Below are positions 13,317 through 27,299 of a stretch of 64,000 nt of DNA, in pieces (the stretch's first letter is position 1; every line of letters starts with the position of its first letter). Origin of the DNA: Callorhinchus milii (lineage: Eukaryota); contig NW_024704743.1 in the NCBI RefSeq assembly GCF_018977255.1, positions 40,674,001 to 40,738,000 on the forward strand, written 5' to 3'. The notes beneath the pieces were generated by a model. It was not told the origin of the DNA. It saw nothing but the letters and a program-made list of their open reading frames with translations, and did not search any database. Position numbers and translations under genes: made by a program.

Positions 13317-14984
13317 TGTAACAGTCTTGGTGTGTAAAAACAACTATTGATTCAAATCAAGGAACATAATTACGAGTGTTAGTATTCAGTGTTTGTCTAA
13401 AGCAAAATTGTAATTATGAACAGCTGAAATATTCATAAATAACAAAAAATACTGCAAATTGTACATTCTTTACATATTGTTCATCTGGACAATTCTATGG
13501 ACAATCATAGCAACATTTACATTGCAATTAAAAAATAATTCTGGGAATATAAAAACATAAATTATAAAGCAATCTATACCAATTGAAATACAAATGTATA
13601 CTTATACAGCTCCTTTCATGATGGTAAAACATCCCAAGGCACTGGAGAAAGATACTGAAAGAAGCAGATTTGGATTAGTAACTTTTAATGTAAATGACTA
13701 AAACATAGTGCATGTATAAAACTAACAGACTGGAAAGCCATCTAAATATGTCTGATAAATTAAAGCATGCCTTAAGTCCTTCACAAATGGGTGTTTCTAC
13801 CCAGTTCAAACATACTATCCAAGCGTTTCGTAGAATTATTGATATTTTTTGTTCAATAATGTATGTAAAATGAATTGCACAGTTATAAATCAATGATCTC
13901 CATGGTTTGCATTTTGGAGACAAAGCATTGTTTTGTTTCATCTAATGTCTTCTCCTTTCCTAAGTTTCGGTAGCATACATTTCTACTGGAATGTGTGAGC
14001 CAAAAATTGAAAAATATAAAATTGTAGAAACTTGGAAGTCCAGGCTGACACTTCAGTGCAGCACTGAGGGAACACTGTATCATTGGAAGTTTCGTCCTTC
14101 AGATAAGACATCATACCAAAGTCATGTCTAACTGTTCAGGTGGACATTAAAAATCCAGTGCCACTATTCGAAAAGAGGAGGGAGTTTCCCCTGGTGTCCT
14201 GGCCAACAATCCCCAAGAATAAAATTTGTCATTCAGTTCAAGTCTGTATGTGGAATGTGCTGTGTGGAAATTGGCTGCCATGTTCTCCCATAAAAACACA
14301 TAGTCACTTCACATTACAGATGTGAAGTGGTTTGGGACGTACTGATGTGAAAGGAACTTTAACAAATGGAAGATTATTATTATAATAATTGCAACATAGA
14401 AGGATGTCTTTCAGTCCATTTGGCCGATGACTAAACCTGTGGGACAGATCATGACCAAAACTAAGCATTCTCATCCAGCCCTTTTCTTGTATACTTCCAC
14501 ACATTACACATTTCAAACATCTTATCCAATTCTCCTTTAAATGTTGCTATAGTCTTAGGCTCAATTACCCTTGCTGCAAAGCATTTCTTTGCTCTCATGA
14601 TCATAACCCTCTATGTGAAAATATTTTTTACTTCCTCTTTAACTGACAATCTTGCATCCAACCAGCAAAGGAAAACTTTCACTATATATCCTCTCGAAGC
14701 TTGACAGAATTTTGAATACTTGTATTAGATATCCTCTAAACGTATCTTTAGATCCAGAGTTGAGATTGAGGATGACACCCTAATTTTTAAATGGTGGTTG
14801 GGTCCAGAACAATTCAGAACATTTCAGGGCCTCACCTCTATTGTTGTTATTGACTTCACAGAATAGTGTCTTAACTCTGTATGATTTAACTACTCAAAAT
14901 AATTAAAAGAATTGACTGGTTAGAAAGTGGACAAATCTTCTCTTTGGTAGAGGGATCCATTAAAAGGGACATAGCCTTAAAATT

Positions 14985-15327
14985 GAGTCCTGTAGCTCAG
15001 TGGTTAGAGCACTTGCCTCACAAGTGAGAGGAACTGGGTTATATTCCTGTGCAGGGTAAACATTGGGCAAGGTTCCTTACTCCACACGCCGCTGTTTCCC
15101 TAGCAGTAAGCAGGAACCCAGTTGTTAGTTAATTGGCGGATCGCTTTTCCAGGGGTAATAATCCCTCCAAAAAAAAATAATAATAGTTTGCTCACTCAAT
15201 CCACAACTGTTTGTGGGACACTACTGTGCACAATTGGCTGCCACATTTCACCTATAAAATATACAGTCAATTCACTTAGCGGTATATTCTGTGTAGTGCT
15301 TTAAGACATCTTGAAGACGTGATAAGA
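14985..15327 (+). mobile_element. Intermediate-age SINE, longer subfamily
   Basis: Same tRNA head plus an extra ~63-nt block (gctgtttccctagcagtaagcaggaacc...ggatcgcttttccagggg). Other copies at 16413-16748 (+), 24720-24880 (-) and 59628-59980 (-). Confidence 0.85.
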
Positions 15328-16859
15328 ACATAAGAAATGCTGGCCAAAAAGAATCAAGTTCTATCAAGTTCTGTCACATGTACACGTAGCCTGAACTATC
15401 TATGTATTATATCCCATAATTTTATTTCCTATCTCATAATGGTATTTCCTAATATTCCTCCTCGTTTCCTGTTTCCTGTTTTATATTTAAATTAAGCTGT
15501 TATCACAGGAAGTAAAATACATGATTGGAAACCACAATCCCGGTCCCTACGGTATCAAACTCAAGGCAATGAGATCCTGCAACAGATTTGGGGTTAGTGT
15601 GTCTTAGTGTTTCTTTTCTAAATTTTTATATTTTTAATTATTTTATGCTGTGTTACCAACTCTATGTTCATCATATATTACTTTTTTAAACTTTATATTT
15701 GTTCTAATTATCACTTGCCATAGAAATATTTTATACTGTCACCCAGAATCTTTGATGCCAACACCCAGAATAAAGCTTGGCTCTTGCCAATCTGCACTTA
15801 ATACTCTCTGGAATTCGATAAGCAGAGTGTCCATCCAAGGAGAGAGTGTACTCGGGGAACTGTCCATGCATTGGTGTCATACATAGAAGTATTAGTCTGA
15901 TTTGGCTTAAGCATTGTGGATGGTTTCTGCATGTGATGGACATCCAGTTGACCAAAAAAATGCACCTTCTCCATTTCCTGTTTAAAGAATATCCCCTATT
16001 TCTAGTTCATTATTTTATCTGCCAATTTCTCTTTATCAATTTGTATATTGGCTCATTTCCCCTTCATAACTTTAAAATGAGTTTCTTTCCAGCCCAATAT
16101 ATTTCTGTTTAATCCTTGTGAATATTGATAAGTTAGTCAATGGTATAAAATGTAAAGGTTGTGAACTTGGAGAATCATTTTAATATTCATTTTCTTTGCA
16201 CCATTTCTCTTGTGTAATGGGAAAATCGTTTTCTGTTGTCAGCCTGCTTCCGCAATTGCTCAATTGGTAGATTTAGTGCCTAGTTTGAAACTCAGTTGAA
16301 TGGAGCTACAATGGTGCAGAGCTAATTCCTTATTGAGGCTGATTTGGCTAATCTCAGCCATAGTAATGGTTGGCGTGTTACCTCTGGCATACGTGATCTT
16401 ATCAATATCTTTGGAGGCCTGTAGCTAAATGATTAGAGCACTCGTCTCGCAAACAAAAGGACCAGGGTTCGAATCCCAACTTAGGCAAGTTTCCTTACTC
16501 CACACACTCTGTTTACCTAGCAGTAAGTTGTTAGTCAATTGCTGGAACACCTTCCGGTGGGACATAATCCCTCAAAAAAAAATTGGATCACTCATTCCAC
16601 AACTGGTTGTGGAAAACGGCTTGCCGCATTTCACCCTTAAAATACATTCAATTCATTGTCCAATATATTCTGGGAAGCGGTTTGAGACGTCTCAACAATT
16701 TCATAATGCATTATATCAAAAGTAAGGATTATTTAATTTATTATTATTAAAGGAGCCAGTGTTCTTTTAACTTTAAATGTAAAGTCACTACACTTTCCAG
16801 TAAAAATCATTTAAATTGCTTTGAGATGTTTTGATGACATGATAAGGTGATAATATATC

Positions 16860-17677
16860 AGCTATCGATCCCTCCAACTTTCACACCCATCTCAAACGTG
16901 ACCTTTCTGGCCAAAGTTTTGGAATGCATCTTTGCAAATCAACTTCGCTCACACCTCTCCCTCAGATCCCTTTGAACCTATGAAAAACATATGTGTCAGG
17001 TTCAATCCCCAGCTTTCCTTTCTACCCCACATCCGTTACCTAACTAGGACTGCTTTTTTCCACCTCCATCACATTGCCTGCTTCCATCCATATCTCAAAA
17101 CCAAAGAAACCAAAACCCTCATTCGCACCTTCATCACTTTCTGGTTGGACTATTCCAATGCCCTCCTCGCTGGTCTCCCCAGCTGCACCATACACAAAAT
17201 TCAACTCATTAAAACTCCACCGCCCAGATACTTATCTGCACAAAACTCTGTACCCCCATCTCACCAGTCCTTGCCAGGCTCCATTGGCTCCCACTTACCA
17301 AACAGATTGATTTCAAGATCCACTCACTCATTTTCAAATACCTCACGCCTTCCTACCTATCCGATTTGCTTACATCCCACTCAAACACCCATTGTTTCCA
17401 CTCAGCTGGCTCCAGCCTCCTGTTTGTCCCTCATCCCATCCACTCCACCATTCTTTCAACTACTAAAGCCCGAAACTCTGGAACTCTCTCCCTCAATCCT
17501 TCTGCCTTGCCCCCTCCCTCCCACTTTTAAAATCCCACCTAAAGACCTTCCTTTTTGATGGTGCTTACGGTGACCTCTCCCATTCCTCTTCCTCTGGCTC
17601 AGTGTCATACTCCATCAGTGTTAAGTGCTCCGGGACACCACCCCACGTAAAGGGTGCTATATAAATGCAAGTTGTTG
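16860..17677 (+). mobile_element. L2 3' fragment with internal deletion
   Basis: PISN..FLAKVLE joined to RFNPQLSF...LDYSNALLAGLP; tail aaatgcaagttgttg. Confidence 0.85.
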
Positions 17678-18229
17678 TCCTTCTTTGTCTTTTGTTGTTC
17701 TTATTGTTGTTCTTGTATATTAAATGGAAGCATTATTTAAAAAATTATTATTATTGTATTCTGTTTTATTATCCTCTGGCCTCTGCTAGAAAATGTTGAT
17801 AGGAACCTGGTCGTTAGTCGATTGGTAGATGGCTTTCTGGGGGGAATAATCCCTTTTAAAAAAAATGTGATTACTCAATCTATGACTGTTTGTGGGACAC
17901 TGCTGTGCGCAATTGGCTGCTACTTTTTGCTTACAAACATACAGTCAATCCACTTTTCAGTATATTCCGTGAAGCACTTTGAGATGTTTCAACAGTACAA
18001 TAGGTGCTATATCAAATGCAAGGATATTATTTTTATTCTATGATTATATATTACTAATTAATAATCCTTACGTCAAAGCACTTGACAGGATTTTTACCAT
18101 AAAGTGACTGTGTGTGTCGTGGGAAAAAATGGCAGCCAATCATTGTTCTGCAATGTCCCACAAACAGCCAAGAAGTGAATGACCAATTTTATTTTGGGGG
18201 ATTGTTGTCCAGGACACAAGACGGTGAAT

Positions 18230-18412
18230 ATCAAATGGGGATGTATGGACAATAAACTCAGGCTGAGGTGCTCCATCGTTGTTGAGTCGCTGATAGCCCT
18301 CATTGTCAGAGCTCAGATGTTATGAATGGACACTGGGATGAGATTTTGGAAAGAAACTGGTGCTGGTTCCAAGACTCTAGCACGAGAAGTAGTATTTTCA
18401 AGAGCAGGAAGA
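18230..18412 (-). pseudogene. Fn3-like exon remnant
   Basis: Acceptor atattttccctttcaacag. Reads LPALENTTSRARVLEPAPVSFQNLIPVSIHNI*ALT, close to F-x-N-L-x-P-G-x-x-Y-N-I. Confidence 0.55.
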
Positions 18413-21400
18413 CTGTTGAAAGGGAAAATATGATTTGTGCTTTGTCTTTTGGACTGTCAAACGTTTAATGTTTGGGAAATTTTTATTCATTTAAAACACA
18501 GTAAGTGCCAGTTCACTTTGATTTGAGTTGTTGGTTTGAAGCAAATAAGAGGCACATTGTAAAAAGAAAGTTAAAACAATAATATTGTGTTAGTCAGATT
18601 AACAAAAGTCAAACAGACAGTCATTCCGGTGCACGGTTGCTAACAGAATGTTAAGCTTCTTTCTGTGACTTTAAGTGGTTTCTGCAGTCCCAACGGGATA
18701 AGTAATTAACATATTGAAAATAAAAAGACAACTTATCTTACTTTATATAGTGATGTTGATGCAGGATAGCGTCGCAGAGCACTGGAATAAATAATAGATA
18801 TGAACTACAGTAACAATGAACCATTAGCAGCACATGGTTTTCCAGAATGTATTTACAGTATTGTGTCTGGATCTTCAACTTTAAAAGTAAAAGTTATGGA
18901 GAGCAGCTGTTGACAATGGATCTATTTTAACAGCTGTTCTCATTGCTGCAATCTTTGAGAAACACAGTCTCTGTGTCCTCGCAAGCAGGAATAAAGCCAT
19001 AATCAAAATTCTAAAATAAATCATACTCTATGCGTTCTCAAAGTCAAGGAAAGCAGTTGGAGATTTTGAATGAACTGTCATTTTAAATGGAGAAAAATGG
19101 ATACCTGAAAATGATAAAAAGTCAGTCATTTCACCAAGCGACTCAATGGTGTCAAGGGCTGCAAGAGCGAAATGTATATGCTTAATAACTATCATCTGAA
19201 CCTTGAGACGGAAACAAAAAGAACATGTTGTAAAGTCATTTCAAATTGCCTATGCATATTACGTATTATGCACTGTGAATAAACTGAATTTAAATTGGTT
19301 GCAACATTAATGAACCTCAGTGCTTTGGGACGTCCTCCCGACGTGAAAGGCGCTATGCAAATGTAATCGTTTTGTTGTTGTTGTTATTAATGACAGCAAC
19401 GACTTACATTCTTTTGGCAGGCATATTTGCATTTATATAGCTGCCTTCATGCTGGACGGTGTTTCAGAGCACTTAACTAATATCTTTGTGTAGTTTCTTC
19501 AACAACAACAACTTGCATTTATATATGTTTTAGATGTCTTTGGCAGCTGTATTTGTTTCAATTATCCATGCATTGTTTTCCAATATGTCTTTTTACAGCT
19601 AGAATAACAGAGAAGGTTTCGAATGAGAGAATAACATGAACTCCTATATACAGGACTTGATATCCTGCTTGATTGCTATGCAGAGAGATAAGCAGCTGCT
19701 GCTCCAGTAGTGAATTTGATGGAACCATCGCTCAATGGGAGGGTATATGTGTCTGAGCTGTGAGTAGGAGGGTGATGGCAATGCTGTCAAACATTTCATG
19801 CCGAACTGTGCTGCTCATCACTAAGCTCAGTAATACCTAATGGTATGTTTTACCCACCTTAGTGAGGGATCAAACCTATGCTTGACCTATGTTCTGATGA
19901 TTAACTTGTGACTATCCTCCTTGTGTGGGGGAAGAAAGTGCAGTCTAATCGCTCTGAGACGCTACCCTGCATGAGGGTGCTATATAAGTGCCAATTGTTC
20001 TTGTTTTTCTTGTTGTTGGTTTCTTTAGGGCTGAGCTGGTTCCAATGTAATGTGGTTGGCAAAGGAATATTGGAATCGAATTGATCTCCTATGGCAGTTT
20101 TGATCATCTGGTTCCTGACTCAGGCAGATCACAGTATCAAAAGTGGAGACAGAGCAGTCAGCCTGGTGGATGTGGTGCCATGGATCCCATGATATGATTT
20201 AAATAGACAAGAACGTTTCTCCTGCCCAACAATCTCCCAGATGGAAATGGTCACTCACTTTATTTGTAATAATAATAATAATCCTTGCATTTGATATAGT
20301 GCCTTATCAAGTTTTTGAGATGTCTCAAAACCCATCACAGAATATACTGTAAAGTGAATTGACTATATTTTGTGGGCGAAACACGACAGCCAATTGCGTA
20401 AAGCAGTGTCCCACAAACAGTCGTGGATTGAAGTGACCAATTTATTATTATTATTTTGTTCTGAAGGAATGTTTACACCGGGAAATTATTTTGTGCAAAT
20501 TGGCTGTTATGTTTGCCTAGAAATACAGAGTCACTAATTCAGGATGAGTCATTGTTTTGAGAGGTGCTTTGGATATGAAAGGTACTATATTAAATTAAAG
20601 GATTATTCTGATTATTATTATCAACTGAGTCAGGCTGATAAGCAGTGCAATGGGCTAATAACTTAATCCTGTAAAGCGCTTTGAGATATCCTCCTGACAT
20701 GAAAGGCACTATATGAAATGTAAGGATTGTTAAGGATTATTATTAAATGAAGTTTAATACAGATAAATTCAAGATACTGAAGTAAGAAATAAGAGGCACA
20801 TGCACTACATGGATGGGATAGAATATGTCCTGGGGAAAACTAAAAGAGATCTAGTAGTGCTGATTGAATCATTGCTTATTATGCTAATATTAAAAATATA
20901 GTGTCAGTGGATGCTTAAGAGAGGAAGGATTATTTTTCCCCTGGAGATAGGAGTCTAAGGGTTTAATTTTCACAGATACTGATCCGACTAATGAGAAAAT
21001 TGAATTGTCTCACCAGTGACAATGATTTCTAGATATTGTAGAGTAAACCCAGATCAGTTGTAACAGAGGACGTAGACAAATATAATTCAGCAATGTTACC
21101 TTATTGAAATAGAAGGAACTTTCGTGACCTCAGCTTCTCTGTTGCTTAAAATCTGTCTACCCACTAGCCCTCTGTCTTTCCACCCAACTCAGCCCCACCG
21201 TAATCACTCCCTATAGACCAGTTGCAGCCAGTGTTCCTGTTGACCATGAGTTCTCACTCCCAGCTCCAACAGTAACTCCCATGTTGCAGTCCAGGACCAA
21301 AGAGAAACCCTGTGAGCCCAGTCATTCTCGCCTATATCAGGTACAAGCCATACTCCTCAGCCAATCTGGTGGAGAGGTCTACCCATAGCTGTGCTCCCTA

Positions 21401-21579
21401 GGGGCCAGTTCAGACTCTGCTATAATATTCATGTATCATTTCATTTATGGATAAGTACAACCTTGAGCAAAGTCATATATTGATATTAATAACAATAACC
21501 ATCCTTGAACTTGATATAGTGCCTTTCGCATGAGGAGGACATTTCAAAGTTCATAAGTACATTGCATGATATAGTGTAA

Positions 21580-21988
21580 ACAACAACAACAGCTTGGATT
21601 TATATAGAGTCCTCCACTCTGGTCGGCGTCTCAGAGCGCTTCACAGTAGCAGATCCTGGGGGCGAGCCAGGGGGAGGGGGAGAATGGTGACCAAAGGCGT
21701 GGTCGAAAAGAAAGGTCTTCAACAGAGACCTGAAAATAGGAAGAGAGGGGGCAAGGCAAAGGGAGTGAGGAAGGGAGTTCCAGAGCCTCGGGGCATAGTG
21801 GCTGAAGCACGGCCGCCGATGGTGGAGTGGAGGATCGGGGGACAAGGAGGAGACCAGACCCGGAGGAACGAAGGCAACGGGCACTGTTTTGAAAAGAGAG
21901 GAGGTCAGAGAGGTAGGGGGGTGCAGAGGAGTGGAGGGATTTGAAGACAAGGGTGAGGATCTTGAAGTCGATCCTCTCTGGGATAGGC
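21580..21988 (-). mobile_element. L2 3' fragment
   Basis: ERIDFKILTLVFKSLH and FSHYAPRLWNSLP; similar to 4320-4640. Confidence 0.9.
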
Positions 21989-22284
21989 AAATATTGCAAG
22001 CTTTGCATTTTGAAGACAAATGTGGCAGCCAATTTGCAAATAGCATTGTCCAACGACCAGGCATGAGTGAATCACCAATTCTATTTAGGGGATTGTAGCA
22101 GGAGGGAAATGTCCTTCCCTCTTTGAGTAATGAAAAGCTCTTGGATCTTTAACATCCACCTGAACAGACAGACGGGACCTCGGTTGAACGTCTCATATAA
22201 TGATATGGCAATGTAGTATAAAGTTATTGGGAGTGGCTCAGCAATTGCTGATTGATAGCTGATTTACAGCAAAGTGGAAAGTGT

Positions 22285-23655
22285 TGCTCAGGAGTACCGG
22301 GTGGCCCGCATCTCATAAGCCCAAATGAAAACCTCCCTTTATATGGATGATGTCACCGTCTTTTGCACAGATTAAAAATCAGTCTTGAGCCTGCTAGGCA
22401 TTTGTGACTGGTTTGAACAAACCTCGGGAGCCAAGGCCAACTAGCAGAAAAGCGAGATGATGTATTTTGGAGACCGGAAAGAACTCAGTCTCATACCTTT
22501 TGCTGTGAGGCCAGACTACATCAAAGTCCTCAACATCTGGTTCGGAGCTGCGGGAGCTGCAGTCACCAGATATTCCAGCTGATCTGGGTGTCCAAGATGG
22601 ATCGTATCCACAGAGAAACGATGCAGAAAAACCCGGAAAGGGTGGGGGGGGGGGAAAGGGGTCCCTAATGTAGCCCTTATCCTCATGGACACCTTTGCGT
22701 ACAGCTGCCTGAGGCTGTGCCTGGAGCCCTGCTATGCGGGCAACACATGCCGCCACGTGATGGGTTTCTACCTGTACCTGATGCTAAGAATGATGGGTCT
22801 GGCAGAACTGCCTCAAAACGTTCCACAAAGTTGGAGCCGATTCACCTATCCTATATTCAGAAATTCCTGAATAACACCATCCCAGACCGCCGCGCAGCAG
22901 GTAGTCAAAATAGTTTGAAAGGAGGAGAAGGCAGACCCGATCGGGAGATAGCCTCCGGCGACAGCCAGCTATGTCTGGTGAAACACCTCGTCACCGACCC
23001 TGACCAACAACCATCAGGACATGGCTGGCTGGGGATAAAAGCGACCCTCCCCCTCAGGGTCTTCATGCACAGTCGAGGTCTGGGCCAGTCAGCACGTTAC
23101 CCTCGGGCCGGCTGCAGAGGCCAGGAGACAGGGACCACCTCTTCCTGGAGTGTTGTTTGGCAAAGGCAGTTTGCAAAAAGATGGAATAGATTCTCTCGCA
23201 GTTCATCCCTGGGACCCGCTGTCACGGCACTCGGTGCTGTACAGCCTGTTCCGGGCGCTCACAGCGAAACCCACATCGAGTGTGCCTGGAGGATCATAAA
23301 CTCGGTAAAGGAGGCCCTTTGGCATTCCCAAAACCAGGTGTTCTTCTGGCAGAACAAGGGAATGGTGAGGACTTGCCTCAGTCTCACACACACTAGGATC
23401 AGGGACTATAAACTGAGGGACAAGCTGACGTTTTGCTCAACTACGGCAAAGGCCAGATGGGGCCTAACCCCGGCAGGAGCTGCTCTGACACAACCCACTC
23501 AGGGCCGCACATACATACATGTACCATAAACAACGGAATGTGTTTCGTATCCAGAGGAAAGGAAAAAATTGTAACAGAAGATGTTGTGTTTTGTTTTGGA
23601 TTTCTGTTGTACTAAATATTATATTTATAAATAAATATATATTTTCAAAAATAAA
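22285..23655 (+). mobile_element. Tx1-clade (L1 group) non-LTR retrotransposon, 3' fragment
   Basis: KTSLYMDDVTVFC, WVSKMDRIHRETM..GKGVPNVALILM and CAWRIINSVKEALW; AT-rich 3' end with aataaa. Confidence 0.85.
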
Positions 23656-23799
23656 TGACGGTATGGGACCACATTAGGGAATGAGATAATACCATGAGCA
23701 AGATCCAGAGAAATCTATGAAAAATCAAGGAGAACTGACTCTACCTAAGCAGAATGCAAAGGTAAGCCTGCCACTGTTGATAAGTACCTTATCTTGAGC

Positions 23800-24146
23800 T
23801 GTGTTGCAGGGCTATGGCATTTCTGTGAACAGTTTACAAATGCTGCATTTCAAAAGATGTTTGTTACTTGCTTGACACTATCTTAAGATCCTTCCATTGT
23901 ATTGCATGTGACTTTGTTGAATCTGATATAATTGTACTGGACCATGCACCATTGCTTAAAGTTTGTGTCTGCGTGAATGGGCAGAGTGGCAATCAGTGTA
24001 CTGATCCAGCACCATCTGAATTTGTATGACATTGGTATTTTGGGAGAAAGGACCCTTGATGCAGCCGATCACTACGAATTGCTTTTTCTTCATAATAATC
24101 CTCTGAATGTGTTTGTATATCCATCTTGCTTTATCATCTGAAGAAG
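23800..24146 (-). pseudogene. Fn3-like exon remnant
   Basis: Acceptor cctattttttcctcag. About 60 open codons including FSQNTNVIQIQMV, then VHGPVQ and, after a frameshift, IISDSTKSHAIQWK. Confidence 0.45.
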
Positions 24147-25854
24147 CTGAGGAAAAAATAGGTCAGCCGAGTATTGTAGAAATAGATAAAACCATTCACA
24201 TTCTTATTGGTGTACAGGCAAATGCACAATAATATTAATCTGTGCATTTGATAAAGAACATTTCAAAACACTTCTGAAAGGTTTAGTCAAGTGTGATAAC
24301 TGTGCATTTGTGCCACAAACAGTCGTGGATTGATTTACCAAATTATTATGTGTGTGTATGTATGTAATTTTTCTAGGGCTTATAATAACAACAAATTACA
24401 TTTGGATTGTACCTTTCACGTCAGTAGGACGTCCCAAGTTGCTGGACAGTCAAGGATGCTCACCTGAGCTGGTGATTGGGAGCAGGAGGAGTGGGGGACG
24501 GGGGGGGATGGAGAGTGACCGAAGGCATGGTCAAAGAGGAGGGACTTCAAACAGGTCTTGAAGGAGGCAAGGGAAGGGGCGAGGCAGGTGGAGTTCTAGA
24601 GGGTGGGGGTAGAATGGCAGAAGGTCTGCCTGCCAATGGTCTTTGAAGGTGAGGACCAGGATCTTGAACTGTATCTTCTGAGTGATGGGAAACCAGTGGA
24701 GCAAGCGATGAGGGAGATGATGGGGTGATTATCCCCAGAAAAGCGATCCACCAATTGATTAACAACCAGGTTCTTATTTTCTGCTAGGTGAACAGTTGTG
24801 TGGTGTAAGAAAATTTGCCCAATGTTTTGACCTTGGTTTTCTTGCTTACGAGGCGAGAGCTCTAAACACAAAGCCACATGGGAACATCAAACAATACGAT
24901 AAATTACCAATTTATCTATTGGACCGTTGGCTACGACAATAGAGAAACTCCTTCTTTGTAAGTCTCAGAAGTTCTTTAACATGCATCTAAACAAGTAGTT
25001 GGGATCTCAATTAAACATCTCATCTAAAGGTTGGCATTTCTTACAATGCAGCACACCTGCCATCATGGCAGAAAATAGGAACCTGGTTGTTAATCAATTG
25101 GTGGATCGCCTTTCTTGGGATAATCACCCCCATCATCCCCCTCATCGCTTGGCTGACAATGCCCAATGAAGAATCTGCATTCTGATGGGTGGGATTTGGG
25201 TTGAGTCGATACAGAAGGAGTAGGAACATGCTATAAGCCTTCTCTGTGATAGACCAATCGGAAAGAGTGGATTGGAAAGGTGAGGGAGGAGGTTAATTAA
25301 ATGAAAAATAAAAGTCGACATAGTTGTGCAAATGAAATTATTGAAAATGTTGGCATTGACATGCACATCTTGAACTTATGCATTTTGGTGTTGACCTATT
25401 CAAAAGCTGATTGTGCTAACCATATTGTGAGATTGTGGTAAGCACCACAATATTCACTAAAATAACTGGGGAACAGAGTTGGGGAAAATTGAAATCCTGA
25501 AGGCTGTCAGCGATGTCCAGAGAAAGGTGCGGAAGTCTGGAATGCAGAGAATTACTTTTCCATGGTTGGAGCAGGTTTGAACAGGATCAATGGGAGTAGA
25601 TTTCAACTCTCTCTGAAATGTGAGAGTACAGCATAACAGTCAGGCAGCACCTCTGATGTCTCTAACACTTTCTGCAGTCAATCAGTGAAGTAATCTAACA
25701 GCAGGAAAGTATTCAACAATGGTTTATAGACCATCAGGTGGGGTTCAAATCAATGGAAAAGATGTGCCAAGTTGAAATTCTCCACAGATTGTGAGGGATA
25801 AAACTAATATTTTATTCTTTCTACCTTGCTTCAGTTTAGCTTCTGGGCTGGGCT

Positions 25855-26075
25855 TCAGTTGTCTTTATCTTTGAGCTCCTTTTCAGGATTGACAAGTGTG
25901 TATAGCTTCATTATAGCTTCCTTTGACAATCTTAAACACTCACTGACACATTTCTCCTCCTGATAACTGTTGGCAGTCATCTTCAGTTGACAGTCATCTT
26001 CTTGGAAATCTTCAGCCCCTTTCTGTCTTTCATCAACGCTGCTATGTTTTCTCATTACCAATACTTCTTGCACCT
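25855..26075 (-). mobile_element. Possible PIF/Harbinger transposase N-terminal remnant
   Basis: EEKCVSECLRLSKEAIMKLYTLVNPE resembles the recalled Harbinger motif EEQC..RLRLSKEAV.EL..LL.PEL; short match only. Confidence 0.4.
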
Positions 26076-26789
26076 GCTGCTCCTTCTCCTACAATATTGC
26101 TGTACCAATCATTCCTGATTAAAATTGTCAAATTATCATATAACCGTATAACTACAGGGTGACCAAAACACCACAATATCTACCCTATTATCTAAAAAAA
26201 ATCATAATTTCTTAAAAGCTTATTAGACATTGTAATGGTATTGCAACTTTCTGGTCACCTTGTAAGCAACTGTATCAGATTTTAAGATTGAAAATTACCC
26301 CTGAACTTGAACTTACAAGGGAGTTGGGATGGGAGATGAACTTGGATCATTGAACCCATTGATGAATCCACATGCATCCTCCAGTGGCCAATTCAATGAT
26401 GGGTTGCCTTCGACATATTTATAAATTCATTATGACCAACCTCAAATCTAAAAATATATCATTCTAATGATAATGACACTATGATTAAGACCATGTACTA
26501 TTTTACACCTTATCTATTTAGCATGTTAGTGAGGTACATCTATCGTAGGTCTGCTGTGTGGCCCCCCTCCTCCTTCTTTGCATCACTATTAGTGTCTGCA
26601 CCATCATCTACTACACTCCTAACCCCTGGAACTCGTTGTCTCAATCCTTCCCTTGCCCCTTCTGCATCTATCTTTAAATCTCCCTGGAGATATACCTATT
26701 TGATGGCACCTATGGTTATCCTTCTCCTTTGTTTGGCATGCAACCATGCCTCTGTACAATGCTCCGAGATGTTATCCTAGATGAAGGTT

Positions 26790-27162
26790 TCTATGTTCCC
26801 CACTATCTCTGCAACCTCCTAACCCCCTACCATCCAGCCCGCTCCCTCCACTCAGCAGGCTCCAGCCTGCTTCATGTCCCTCACATCGCCCACCCCACCA
26901 TTGGCAGGCAGACCTTCAGCCACTCTGACTCCATCCTCTGGAACTCCATCCCACAGTCGCTGTGGCTCGCTCCCTCCCTTGCCTTCTTCAAGACCCATTT
27001 CAAGACCCTCCTCTTCGACCATGCCTTTGGTCACCCTCCTTCCCCCTGCTTTCCACCCTCCCCACTCCCGACCCCAGAACGAGTCCAAAACATTGATTGT
27101 CCAGCGCCTTGGGATGTCCTCCTGACGTGAAAGGCACTATACAAATGTAATTTTGTTGTTGT
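26790..27162 (+). mobile_element. L2 3' fragment
   Basis: YLCNLLTPYHPARSL...LWNSIP...FKTLLF followed by a (ttg)n tail. Confidence 0.88.
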
Positions 27163-27299
27163 GTTTCTCACTGGGAAGCTCGCAGAGCGTTCCTTGTACT
27201 TACCATCCACCTAGTGAGGCTCCAACGGGTACTTGATAGATACTGTATGACCAACTAGTGGCTATCTTCCTGGTGGGGGGGGGGGGGTGGGGGAGGTAA

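Noticed and set aside
22717..23529. Longest ORF (270 aa) as a host gene
   Set aside because: It is part of the frameshifted Tx1-type retrotransposon.
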